From Verrucomicrobiaceae bacterium (GTDB taxonomy: Bacteria > Verrucomicrobiota > Verrucomicrobiia > Verrucomicrobiales > Akkermansiaceae), in assembly GCA_051252135.1 (NCBI GenBank), contig JBPOGH010000005.1:160001-224000 (forward strand): a DNA stretch of 64,000 nt, in the 5' to 3' direction. The translations under genes and the position numbers were made by a program. Under the pieces are notes generated by a model. The model saw only the letters and a program-made list of their open reading frames with translations, did no database searches and was not told the DNA's origin. Position 1 is the first letter of the stretch; each line of letters starts with the position of its first letter. Positions 20,179 through 29,907 of this stretch are shown here, one piece after another.

Positions 20179-21282
20179 CTACGGATAAACCACACACATC
20201 GCCACCGGAACCTCAATCGAGTTTCCCGTCGGCTTCATCTTCCCCGTCGCGGTATCCACCTTGATCACCGAGACCTCGTTCGAGCTCTGCCCCGACGCCA
20301 AAAGATAATCCCCCTCAGGGCTCAACGCGATATTGCGCACAATCCACACCCCTGAGGACACCGTCTGCAGATGCTTCAGCGTCCCGTCTTCCTGCACTTC
20401 CAGAACCGACACCGAATCCCGCTTGGCGCTCACCAAATCCCGGTTTCCCGTGTAAACAAACCGCCCGTTCTTCGACACCAGAATCTCGGAACAACTCATC
20501 TTGTCCTCCTTCTTATCATCCGGCCCATCTTTCTCGAAAACACTCACCGTCTGAACCTCGCTCAGCCCACCCGTCCAGGCATCCCGCCTGAACACCGTGA
20601 CACTCAAAGTCAGCTCATTGAGCACATACGCAAATTTCCCATCCTTCGAGAACTTCATATGCCGTGGCCCCGAACCCTTCGGACTCACCCCTTCCCCCGA
20701 CAGTGACAATTTCGCCGACGCAGGATCCATCTTGTAAATCTTCACCCGATCAATGCCCAAATCCGGCACATAAACATACTCGTTATTCGGCCCCGGCCAC
20801 GTCGCATGAACCCGTGACTGGTTCTGCGGAGCCTCGCGCACATCCGTCGCTTGATGCTCAAAAAAGGAAACATGCTCCCCGATCTTCCCCTCTTCCGTCA
20901 ACGGAAAGGACGCCAAACACCCCCCTCCGTAATCCGCCCCCATCAGCATCCGGCTCGTTCCGTCCACACTCAACTGACAAAACCCCTTCCCGGGATAACT
21001 CACCGCGTTGATCAGACTCAGCTTGTCCCCCTCGATCTTCCACGCCGACGCCCCCCCCTTCCCGTCCACTTTCGCCGTCGAAAATACCACCTTCTTATCC
21101 GGACGCAGCATCAACCACCCCCCTCCGGGCTGATCCGCCACCTTTTTCGCCGGAGAAAGCTCTCCCGACTCCTGATTTAGCTCGGAATAATAGATGCCCC
21201 CTGCTCCCGATCCAATCAGAACCGGAATGGTGGCGGCTTGGGCTACGGCAAGAGTCATAATCGAAGCGAGAATTTTACGCAT
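20179..21282 (-). CDS. Lactonase family protein (6-phosphogluconolactonase-like beta-propeller), secreted
   Basis: VPDLGIDRV, GSGPRHMKF and YVLNEL motifs. Confidence 0.85.
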   Translation of the reverse strand: MRKILASIMTLAVAQAATIPVLIGSGAGGIYYSELNQESGELSPAKKVADQPGGGWLMLRPDKKVVFSTAKVDGKGGASAWKIEGDKLSLINAVSYPGKGFCQLSVDGTSRMLMGADYGGGCLASFPLTEEGKIGEHVSFFEHQATDVREAPQNQSRVHATWPGPNNEYVYVPDLGIDRVKIYKMDPASAKLSLSGEGVSPKGSGPRHMKFSKDGKFAYVLNELTLSVTVFRRDAWTGGLSEVQTVSVFEKDGPDDKKEDKMSCSEILVSKNGRFVYTGNRDLVSAKRDSVSVLEVQEDGTLKHLQTVSSGVWIVRNIALSPEGDYLLASGQSSNEVSVIKVDTATGKMKPTGNSIEVPVAMCVVYP

Positions 21283-21372
21283 GCCCCACCCTAATCACCC
21301 TCATCCGCCAGAAGAACCCAAAAGTTCACCCATCCTTGCACCCCCCGCAATTTCGGACCATCCTCTCCCCGG

Positions 21373-24081
21373 ATGGCTGACAACATCAAGACTCCCAATT
21401 ACTTCGCCGAAGGCTTCCGTGAACTCGACGAGACCCTCGCCGAGACCACCTCCATGCTCGCCAACTCACTCCCCCTCGGAGATGAGCTTCGCAATCTCGT
21501 CCCCTGGAAAGGAGACCACTCGTTCCCGGATCGCATCGCCCCGGATCACCAGCGCGAAGGCGCACAACTCCTCTCCATCTGCTTCGAAATTCTCAACATC
21601 GTCGAAGAACGCGTCGCCTGGCAGTTCCGCAGCCTCCGCCGCGCCCAACACGGAGCCACCGCCATCAACGGACTCTGGCCCTCCGTCATCAACTGCTTTA
21701 AGGAAAACGGCCTCACCGAGGACCAGGCCATCGCCGCCCTCAAGAAGGTCAAGGTCGAGCCCGTCCTCACCGCCCACCCCACCGAAGCCAAACGCCCCTC
21801 CGTCCGCCAACGCCACAAGGCTATCTACGAAGAACTTCGTACATTCGAGACCGCACGCAAGGACCCCCACTACGGCCGCCGCATTGCCGATACCCTCGGC
21901 GCCGAACTTCAAACCCTCTGGTACACCGGAGAAATCTTCGTCCAGCGACCCGACATCCAGGAGGAACTCCGCAACGCCCTCCCCTACCTCGGCGAAATCT
22001 TCCCCGAGGTCGTCAACCGCCTCGACCGCTCGCTCGAACTCGCCTGGGCCGACGCCGGATGGGACATCTCCAAACTCCGGTCCCAGGATGCCTACCCCAA
22101 ACTCCGCTTCGTCACCTGGATCGGAGGAGACCGCGATGGCCACCCCTTCGTCACCCCGGAGGTCACCGCCAACACCCTCATCGAACTCCAGGAACACGCC
22201 CTTGACCTGCACCGCCGCTCGCTCAAGTCCGCTGCCGAAAAACTCACCCTCGCTCCGCCCTTCGCCAAGGTTCCGGCCCGCCTCCTCGAAGCCATCGACT
22301 CCCTAAAGGAATCCCTCGGCGACGCGTGCCACAAAATTTGCAAGCGCCACCACCTCGAGCCCTGGCGCATCTACATGCACCTCCTTCGCGAAAAATTCGC
22401 CCAGGGAAAATACACCAGCGCCACCGAATACCTCGACGATCTCACCCTCGCCCACGAAACCCTCGAGGAAGCCGGAGCCTTCCGCGCCGCCCACGAATGG
22501 GTCTTCCCCCTCATGCGCCGGGCCCAGGTCTTTGGTCTCCACCTCGCCTCACTCGACATCCGGAACAATTCCGAATCGCACGATGAAGCCGCCGCCCAAC
22601 TCTTCACCCTCATGGGAATTCCCGATGCCGAAAACTTCGGCACCTGGTCCGAGGAAAAACGCCGCGAACTCCTCATCGCCGAGCTCAAAAACCCCCGCCC
22701 CTTCCTCTCCCGCTACGAGAAAGCCGGCGAAAAGGCCGACGGCATCCTCGCCTACCTCCGCCTCCTCGCCACCCACCTCCGTAAAAAAGGCCCCGAAGGA
22801 CTCGGCCAGCTCATCATCAGCATGACGCGCTCCGTCTCCGACCTCCTCCTCGTCCAGGTCCTCACCCGCGAAGCCGGACTCGCCCAGCGTCACGAGAACG
22901 GACTCTGGCGCTCAAAACTCCCCGTCAGCCCCCTCTTCGAAACCGGAGATGACCTCGCCGCTGCCAGTGGAATCCTTACCGAATACCTCGATATCATGGG
23001 CCCCCACCAATCCGGTCTCCAGCCCGCCATGGTCGGCTACTCGGATTCCAATAAGGACGCCGGCGTCTTCGCCTCCCAATGGGGCATCTTCAAAGGCCAG
23101 GAAAGCATGACCGCCTCCTGCCGCGCCCACGGAGTCACCCCCCAGTTCTTCCACGGCCGGGGCGGCACCATCGGCCGCGGCGCCGGACCCACCCGCTGGT
23201 TCCTCCGCGCCCTTCCCGAAGGATCCCTCGGCGGCCCCATCCGCATCACCGAACAAGGCGAAGTCCTCCCCCGTAAATACGGCCACGAGGGCAACGCCCA
23301 CTTCCACCTCGAACTTCTCGTCGCCGGAGTCACCCGCTCCGTCGGCCTCAGCCACCAAAAGGCCTTCTCCGTCGACCGATGCCGCAGCGCCCTCGATGCC
23401 CTCTCGCGCGAGTCCGATAAAGCCTACCGCGGCCTGCTCGACTCCGACCGCTTCATGGAGTTCTACCGCACCGCCACCCCCATCGATGCCCTCGAGACCG
23501 GCGTCTTCGGCTCACGCCCCTCACGGCGCACCGGTAAAAAAGCCTCCCTCAAAGACCTCCGCGCCATCCCCTGGGTCTTCTCCTGGACCCAGGCCCGCTT
23601 CTACCTCCCCGGATGGTACGGCGTCGGATCCGGACTCGAAGCCATCGGCGAAGAAGCCTTCGCCCAAATCCAGGACAGCCTCGGCGAGTTCGACTTCCTC
23701 CGATACGTCTTCACCAACATCGAATCCTCCCTCGCCTCCGCCAACCCGGAAACAATGCGCCAATACGCAGACCTCTGCCCCGATCCCGATCTCCGCGATC
23801 AAATCCTCGGCCGCATCCTCGACGAATTCGTAAAAACCAAATCCATGGTCCACCAACTCTTCGGGCGCACCTTTGACGACCGTCGCCCGCGCATGGAAAA
23901 AACCCTCGCCCTCCGCGAAGTTCCCCTGAAAGTCCTCCACGACCAACAGATCGAACTCCTCCAACGCTGGCGCGCCGGCGGCAGCGTCGTCGAGACCGGG
24001 GACGGAAAGTTCGACCGCGACTTCCTCGCCCTCCAGCTCACCATCAACGCCATCTCCTCCGGACTCCGCGAGACCGGTTGA
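21373..24081 (+). CDS. ppc: Phosphoenolpyruvate carboxylase
   Basis: VLTAHPTE, WIGGDRDGHP, MVGYSDSNKD, FHGRGGTIGRG and LRAIPWVFSWTQ motifs. Confidence 0.97.
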   Translation: MADNIKTPNYFAEGFRELDETLAETTSMLANSLPLGDELRNLVPWKGDHSFPDRIAPDHQREGAQLLSICFEILNIVEERVAWQFRSLRRAQHGATAINGLWPSVINCFKENGLTEDQAIAALKKVKVEPVLTAHPTEAKRPSVRQRHKAIYEELRTFETARKDPHYGRRIADTLGAELQTLWYTGEIFVQRPDIQEELRNALPYLGEIFPEVVNRLDRSLELAWADAGWDISKLRSQDAYPKLRFVTWIGGDRDGHPFVTPEVTANTLIELQEHALDLHRRSLKSAAEKLTLAPPFAKVPARLLEAIDSLKESLGDACHKICKRHHLEPWRIYMHLLREKFAQGKYTSATEYLDDLTLAHETLEEAGAFRAAHEWVFPLMRRAQVFGLHLASLDIRNNSESHDEAAAQLFTLMGIPDAENFGTWSEEKRRELLIAELKNPRPFLSRYEKAGEKADGILAYLRLLATHLRKKGPEGLGQLIISMTRSVSDLLLVQVLTREAGLAQRHENGLWRSKLPVSPLFETGDDLAAASGILTEYLDIMGPHQSGLQPAMVGYSDSNKDAGVFASQWGIFKGQESMTASCRAHGVTPQFFHGRGGTIGRGAGPTRWFLRALPEGSLGGPIRITEQGEVLPRKYGHEGNAHFHLELLVAGVTRSVGLSHQKAFSVDRCRSALDALSRESDKAYRGLLDSDRFMEFYRTATPIDALETGVFGSRPSRRTGKKASLKDLRAIPWVFSWTQARFYLPGWYGVGSGLEAIGEEAFAQIQDSLGEFDFLRYVFTNIESSLASANPETMRQYADLCPDPDLRDQILGRILDEFVKTKSMVHQLFGRTFDDRRPRMEKTLALREVPLKVLHDQQIELLQRWRAGGSVVETGDGKFDRDFLALQLTINAISSGLRETG

Positions 24082-26133
24082 TCACTCCCTCTTCACCTCA
24101 AAGACGTCCACCGTCCCATCCCGGTTCCCCGCCACAAAATGTCCCCCATCGGGACTAAAGGCCAACGACACCGGCGAATGCCCCGTCCTGAGGGTTTGCA
24201 GAATCTTGATCTTCTGATCAATCACCTCCCCGATCACCAGCGCCGCGTCTGCCTCGTCCCCCGTGATCGCCACCCAGTACCGCTGTAAGGGATCGGCGGC
24301 CAGCTCGCCTGTATCATCGGCCAACTCTGCCAGCTTCTCAATCGCTCCCGCCTCCGCCTTCCCGCTGATCAAATCCCCCACGCCCCGCATCCGCGACCGC
24401 ACCTCGGGATCATCCACCTCAAGCTGCCCCAGAAGCTTTAGCACCGGTGCCCCCATCGCCACCAGGCTGTTCGTCGCCTCATCCCGCTTCGCAAACTCAC
24501 GGTCCGCCAACTGCCCCACCAACACCTTCACCCGCGCCTCATCCACCGGCACCGGAGGAGCCATCGGCTTCAGCAACCGCCCCATCAAATTCTCCTCCCC
24601 GATCCCCAGCAAAAAAGACCGTCCATGATCAATCACCGCGATCGATTCAGGCGCCCTCTTGCCCACCTCAAGATTCCTCAGCCGTTGCCCGTCTCCCATA
24701 TTCCAGTAAGCCACCGTCTTATCCTGACTCGCCGTGATGAGCGTCATTCCGTCGGCTGAAATACTCAAATCCACAATATCCTCCCCATGCCCCGTGAAAG
24801 TCCGCTGCCGCTTCCCGTCAGCCACACTCCATCGCACCGCCCGATCATCGTCACCACCACTCACCAAATTCGTCCCATCGGGCGAAAACGCCAACACCTG
24901 CACCCGCTCCCCGTGACGCACCGACCGCATCTTCTCCCCCGATTCACCATCAACAAATTGAATCACTCCCCTCTCATCCCCCACCGCCACCAGCGTGCCA
25001 TCGGGTGAGACCGCCATCGCCGTCGCAGCCCCCGTCACCTGCTCACGCGTCCCCTCCGCAAGATTCCACAAATTCCAACCATCCGACGAACCACTCGCAT
25101 ACACCTTCGTCCCCCCCGGCCCGATCGCGACACTGTTCACATAATTCGTATGAAGCGGAATCCCCAGCGTCGGCACAACCCGCTCCCCGGTCTCGGCTCG
25201 ATGAAGATACAAAAGTTTGCTGTCCCCCGAAATAATCACCTTCCCGTCTTCCGAAAACGCCACCGGCGTATGCGACCGCTCCTCCGTATCAATCTTCCTC
25301 ACAATCTCCCCGCTCAACCCATCAAAAACATAAAGCTGATAATCCGCACACGGAGCCGCCACATACCTTCCGTCCGGTGACCACGCCACCACCTGCGCTT
25401 CATTCTCCAGCTTCGTCTCCCACACCACCTTCAACGAATCGCACTCATAAACCCCCACCCTCTCATCCTCGGAAGTCACCGCAAATCTCTTCCCGTCCGG
25501 CGATCGCACAATCGTATAAACATCCCCAAATTTCTTCTTAATCGTATCAACACACTTCCCCGTCGCCACCTCCCACCGCTTCACCTTCCCGTCCTCCGAT
25601 CCCGAAATCACAAAGTCCCCCGTCCCATCAAAAACCACCGTGTAGACATCCTTGGTATGCCCCTCAAAATCCCGGAGCATCTTCCCCGTCCCGATCTCCC
25701 ACAGCTTGATCAACCCCTTACTGTCCCCCACCACCATCCACTTCCCGTTCGGATGAACGTCGACCCGATAGGCCGTCTCCTCATGCTTGTAGCTCATCAA
25801 CTCCTTCCCCGTCTCCAGATCATAACGCACCACATGACCACCCCCGCCTGCCGCCACAATCTCCTTCTCCCCCGGTAGCACCGCCACCCCCCACACATCG
25901 TAAGCCGCATCCTTGGAATACCGCTGCAACTCCTCACCACTCTCCAGATTCCAAAGCCGTGTCGTCCCGTCCCTCGACGTGCTCAGCACCCGCTCACCGT
26001 CACTCAACACCCGAATCTCCGATAAACTCCCCGCATGCAAAAAGCCCGCCTTCCCCAGCTGCGCCATCGGCATCAACACCTCCTCCGCTCCCGCCTGTAG
26101 CACCATCGCAAAAATAACCCCAAAGATCCTCAT
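24082..26133 (-). CDS. WD40-repeat protein
   Basis: Many GH...WD-like repeats (e.g. FEGHTKDVYTVVF, FTGHGEDIVDL); N-terminal signal-like segment. Confidence 0.9.
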   Translation of the reverse strand: MRIFGVIFAMVLQAGAEEVLMPMAQLGKAGFLHAGSLSEIRVLSDGERVLSTSRDGTTRLWNLESGEELQRYSKDAAYDVWGVAVLPGEKEIVAAGGGGHVVRYDLETGKELMSYKHEETAYRVDVHPNGKWMVVGDSKGLIKLWEIGTGKMLRDFEGHTKDVYTVVFDGTGDFVISGSEDGKVKRWEVATGKCVDTIKKKFGDVYTIVRSPDGKRFAVTSEDERVGVYECDSLKVVWETKLENEAQVVAWSPDGRYVAAPCADYQLYVFDGLSGEIVRKIDTEERSHTPVAFSEDGKVIISGDSKLLYLHRAETGERVVPTLGIPLHTNYVNSVAIGPGGTKVYASGSSDGWNLWNLAEGTREQVTGAATAMAVSPDGTLVAVGDERGVIQFVDGESGEKMRSVRHGERVQVLAFSPDGTNLVSGGDDDRAVRWSVADGKRQRTFTGHGEDIVDLSISADGMTLITASQDKTVAYWNMGDGQRLRNLEVGKRAPESIAVIDHGRSFLLGIGEENLMGRLLKPMAPPVPVDEARVKVLVGQLADREFAKRDEATNSLVAMGAPVLKLLGQLEVDDPEVRSRMRGVGDLISGKAEAGAIEKLAELADDTGELAADPLQRYWVAITGDEADAALVIGEVIDQKIKILQTLRTGHSPVSLAFSPDGGHFVAGNRDGTVDVFEVKRE

Positions 26134-26236
26134 CCCCTATTCCTTACTTGTTCAAATGCGGTGGCACCAGCCTTCATTATCCGGGCAAATTACTCCCTGA
26201 CTTGCACCCTCACCAAAATCCCTCCATCTTCCTCCA

Positions 26237-27874
26237 ATGAAGCACTTGTTTCTCGCCTGCCTCCTTCCCGGCCTCTCCCTCGCCGATGCCAAACTCCCCG
26301 CCGACGAGCACTTCCGGGTCGATGAAATCGCCACCGGCTTTGTCGACGCCATGGAAATCACCGTCGCCCCCCAGGGATACGTCTTCGTGATCGAGCGCAC
26401 CGGAGCAGTCAAAGTGGTCAATCCCGACTCCGGAGAAATTAAAGAAATCGCCCAACTCGATGTCGAAGTCCGCGAAAAGGAACACGCCCGTGAGTGCGGC
26501 CTCCTCGGCATCACCCTTGATCCCGCCTTCGCCACCAACAAATGGCTCTATCTCTACTACTCCCCTACCGGGAAAGCCGCCCACAACCTCTCCCGCTTCA
26601 CCTTCACCGGCTCCGCCCTCACCGATGAAAAAGTCCTCCTCACCGTCAAACAGGACCCCGAAAACGGTACCTGCCACGAGGGAGGCTCCCTCACCTTCGG
26701 CCCCGACGGCTGCCTCTTCCTCTCCACCGGAGACAACACCTGCCCCTTCAAGTCCGATGGCTCCGCACCCATCGACGAGCGCGACGAACGCAAATGGTAC
26801 GACGCCCAACGCTCCGCCGCCAACACCAACGACCTCCGCGGAAAAATCCTGCGCATCAAACCCACCCCCGATGGCTCCTACACCATCCCCGAAGGAAACC
26901 TCTTCCCCCCCGGCACCGACAAAACCCTCCCCGAAATCTACGTCATGGGCTGCCGGAATCCCTACCGCATCTCAGTCGACCAAAAAAATGGCATCCTCTA
27001 CTGGGGAAAAGTCGGCCCCGATGCCGGTAAGGACTCCAAACGCGGCCCCCGTGGATACGATGAAATCAACCAGGCCCGCCAGGCCGGTAACTTCGGCTGG
27101 CCCTACTTCAGCGGCGATAACAAACCCTACACCGACTACGATTTCGAAACTAAGAAACTCGGAAAACCCTTCAACCCCCAAGCACCCGTAAACGACTCCC
27201 CCAACAACACCGGCCTCCGCAAACTCCCACCCGCACAACCCGCCTTCTGGTTCTACCCCCGCGCCTCCGCCTGCGCCGGACCCGTCTTCTACAAAGACCA
27301 ATATCCCGACTCCCCCACCAAACTCCCCGACTCCTTCGACTCCTCCCTCATCGTCTATGACTGGACCAGCAACTGGATCCGCGTCATCAGACTCGATGAA
27401 AAAGGCGACATTGTTTCCAACGAACCCTGGCTCTCAAAATTCCGCTTCGTCCACCTCGGCGACATGGAAATGAGCCCCAAGGGCGAACTCTACATCCTCG
27501 AATACGGCTCCGCCTGGTATGATGGTAACGACGGCAAACTCAAGCGTGTCACCTACTCCGCCGAGCCCCAACCCATCGAGGTCCCCGCCAACGACCCCCG
27601 CATGGTCGGCCTCCCCGAGGGCCATCCCGGCTCCGCCATGATCGGCGGCTCCACCTGCCTCGCCTGCCACATGACCAAGGACAAATCCATCGGACCCTCC
27701 TACAAGGACGTCGCCAAAAAATACAAAGACGACCCCAAGGCCATCCCCACCCTCGCTGAAAAAATCCTCTCCGGCGGAGTCGGTGTCTGGGGCCAACAAC
27801 CGATGCCTCCCCACCCCCAGCACAACATCGAGGAAACCCAGCAAATGGTCGAAGCCATCCTCCAGGTGAAGTGA
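26237..27874 (+). CDS. PQQ-dependent sugar dehydrogenase (GSDH family) fused to cytochrome c
   Basis: CHEGGSLTFGPDG, GCRNPYRI and GNFGWP; C-terminal CLACH...MPPH. Confidence 0.85.
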   Translation: MKHLFLACLLPGLSLADAKLPADEHFRVDEIATGFVDAMEITVAPQGYVFVIERTGAVKVVNPDSGEIKEIAQLDVEVREKEHARECGLLGITLDPAFATNKWLYLYYSPTGKAAHNLSRFTFTGSALTDEKVLLTVKQDPENGTCHEGGSLTFGPDGCLFLSTGDNTCPFKSDGSAPIDERDERKWYDAQRSAANTNDLRGKILRIKPTPDGSYTIPEGNLFPPGTDKTLPEIYVMGCRNPYRISVDQKNGILYWGKVGPDAGKDSKRGPRGYDEINQARQAGNFGWPYFSGDNKPYTDYDFETKKLGKPFNPQAPVNDSPNNTGLRKLPPAQPAFWFYPRASACAGPVFYKDQYPDSPTKLPDSFDSSLIVYDWTSNWIRVIRLDEKGDIVSNEPWLSKFRFVHLGDMEMSPKGELYILEYGSAWYDGNDGKLKRVTYSAEPQPIEVPANDPRMVGLPEGHPGSAMIGGSTCLACHMTKDKSIGPSYKDVAKKYKDDPKAIPTLAEKILSGGVGVWGQQPMPPHPQHNIEETQQMVEAILQVK

Positions 27875-27875
27875 C

Positions 27876-28712
27876 CTACCACCTCAGCTTCTTCCGCAGC
27901 GTCTCGTAAAACGAGTGCCCCGGCAGCCTCACCAAATTGAGACACTGCGGATGCTTCGTCACCCGCACCATACTCCCCTTCTCAATCCGTAAAATATCGC
28001 GACCATCAACCGAAAACAAAATCGGTTCCTCGGTCCGTCCCGTTGGCAGCAACTCGATCACCGAGTCCTCACTCAACACCAGCGAACGGTTGCTCAAACT
28101 GTGAGGACAAATCGGCGTGATCACGAACACCCCGGACCTCGGCCCGATGAGAGGCCCCCCCGCCGCTAACGAGTAAGCTGTCGATCCCGTCGGCGTCGCC
28201 ACCAGCAATCCATCCGCATTGTATTCGTTCAACAACTCGCCATCCACCCGCGCCTCCAGCGAGACCAGTCGTCCGGTCTCACCACGCATCAGGACCGCTT
28301 CGTTCAGCGCAATAAATTCGTGTTTTCCCCCACCCTCCTCCGTCATCTCAACCTTCAGCATCGTCCGCTCCACCAGCTGAATCTTTCCATCGGCTATCGC
28401 GTCACTCAACAAGTCCACTTCCTCATCCGTGCACGCCGTCAAAAATCCCAGCGTCCCGATATTCACCCCCGCAATCGGAATCGCCGTCGGCGCAATCCGG
28501 TGCAGCGTCTCCAAAAGAGTCCCGTCCCCCCCCAGCGAAATAACAAGATCCGCTCCCTTCTCAAAATCATCCGCTCCCGCCTCTCCAATCAACCCCGCCG
28601 TCTCGCTTTCCAGCACCACCTCGATCCCCCGTTTCCGCAGGCTATCCCGCACACGCATTACCGCCATCGGCGCATCAGGCTTCTTGGGATGGGCAACAAT
28701 CGCAACGAGCAC
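27876..28712 (-). CDS. nadK: NAD kinase
   Basis: GGDGTLL, GTLGFL, ALNE and DGLLVATPTGSTAYSLAAGGP motifs. Confidence 0.95.
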   Translation of the reverse strand: MLVAIVAHPKKPDAPMAVMRVRDSLRKRGIEVVLESETAGLIGEAGADDFEKGADLVISLGGDGTLLETLHRIAPTAIPIAGVNIGTLGFLTACTDEEVDLLSDAIADGKIQLVERTMLKVEMTEEGGGKHEFIALNEAVLMRGETGRLVSLEARVDGELLNEYNADGLLVATPTGSTAYSLAAGGPLIGPRSGVFVITPICPHSLSNRSLVLSEDSVIELLPTGRTEEPILFSVDGRDILRIEKGSMVRVTKHPQCLNLVRLPGHSFYETLRKKLRW

Positions 28713-28791
28713 AAAGAACTGTTAGCATTTCCCCCCCCACGCGGCAAGCGGCCCGATTGACAACCCCTCCTCCAACCCACAAGTTCTCCCC

Positions 28792-29907
28792 ATGCCGCTC
28801 ACTTCGGAGGAAGACGCCCGCTACTCCCGCCAGACCATTCTCCCCGAGATCGGTCCCGCCGGACAGGAACGTCTCCAAAACGCCTCCATCCTCTGCATTG
28901 GCACCGGAGGCCTCGGCTCACCCGCCGTCACCTACCTCGCCGCCGCCGGAGTCGGCCACATCGGACTCATCGATCCCGACCTCGTCGACCTCACCAACCT
29001 CCACCGCCAGATCCTTCACGATACCGCCCACGTCGGCACCCCAAAGCTCACCAGCGCCCGCGCTCGCATCAACGCCCTCAACCCCCACGTCAAAATCACA
29101 GAGCACCCCGGCAAGTTCACCGCCGCCAACAGCCTCGACCTCCTCAAGGACTACGACCTCCTCCTCGATGGCTCCGATAACTTCCCCACCCGCTTCGCCG
29201 CAAACGACGCCGCCGTCCTCTCTAAAAAACCCCTCATCCACGGAGCCATCCATCAATTCGAAGGACAAGTCACCGTCTTCGCCCCCCACCTCGGCGGCCC
29301 CTGCTACCGCTGCCTCCTCCCCGAACCTCCCCCGCCCGGCACCGTCCCCACCTGAGCCGAAGCCGGCGTCCTGGGCGTGCTCCCGGGAATCATTGGTTCA
29401 CTTCAGGCCATGGAGGCCATCAAACTCCTCCTCCACCTCGGCTCCCCTCCCCTCGGACGCCTCATCCACTACCGCGCCCTCGACACCTCCTTCCGCGAAC
29501 TTAAAATCAAACCCGACCCCGCCTGCCCGCTCTGCGGAACCAACCCCACCATCACCGCCCCCGTGGCCTACTCAGACACCTGCGATATGAATAACGACGG
29601 ACTCCCCGAAATCTCCACCCAAGAACTCCGCAACATCCTTGCCAATGGCTTCGATGGCATCCTCCTCGATGTCCGCGAGCAAGACGAATTCTTCATGGCC
29701 CACATCGAGGGCAGCCAACTCCTCCCCCTCTCCGGATGGCCCGCCGTCGCCGCCAACCTCCCCAAGGACACCAAATACTACGTCCACTGCGCCAAAGGCA
29801 TGCGCAGCGCCCGCGCCGGCATGTGGATGCTCCAAAACGGCTTCACCGATGTCACCAACGTCGCCGGCGGCATGGACGCCTGGCTCCAGGACGAGGCCGC
29901 CCTCTAA
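28792..29907 (+). CDS. moeB: MoeB/ThiF adenylyltransferase fused to rhodanese (MoeZ-type); probable selenoprotein
   Basis: RYSRQ, GTGGLGS, CYRC and CPLC; in-frame TGA 29353-29355 gives VPT-U-AEAGVLG at the conserved Cys; rhodanese HCAKGMRS. Confidence 0.85.
29369..29388 (+). promoter_or_regulatory. Candidate bacterial SECIS
   Basis: TCCTGGG-CGTGCT-CCCGGGA hairpin starting 13 nt after the TGA. Confidence 0.5.

Noticed and set aside
28792..29907. moeB as two genes or a nonsense pseudogene
   Set aside because: The frame is preserved, the stop lies exactly on the conserved Cys, all other motifs are intact and a hairpin follows; Sec read-through is more parsimonious, though unproven
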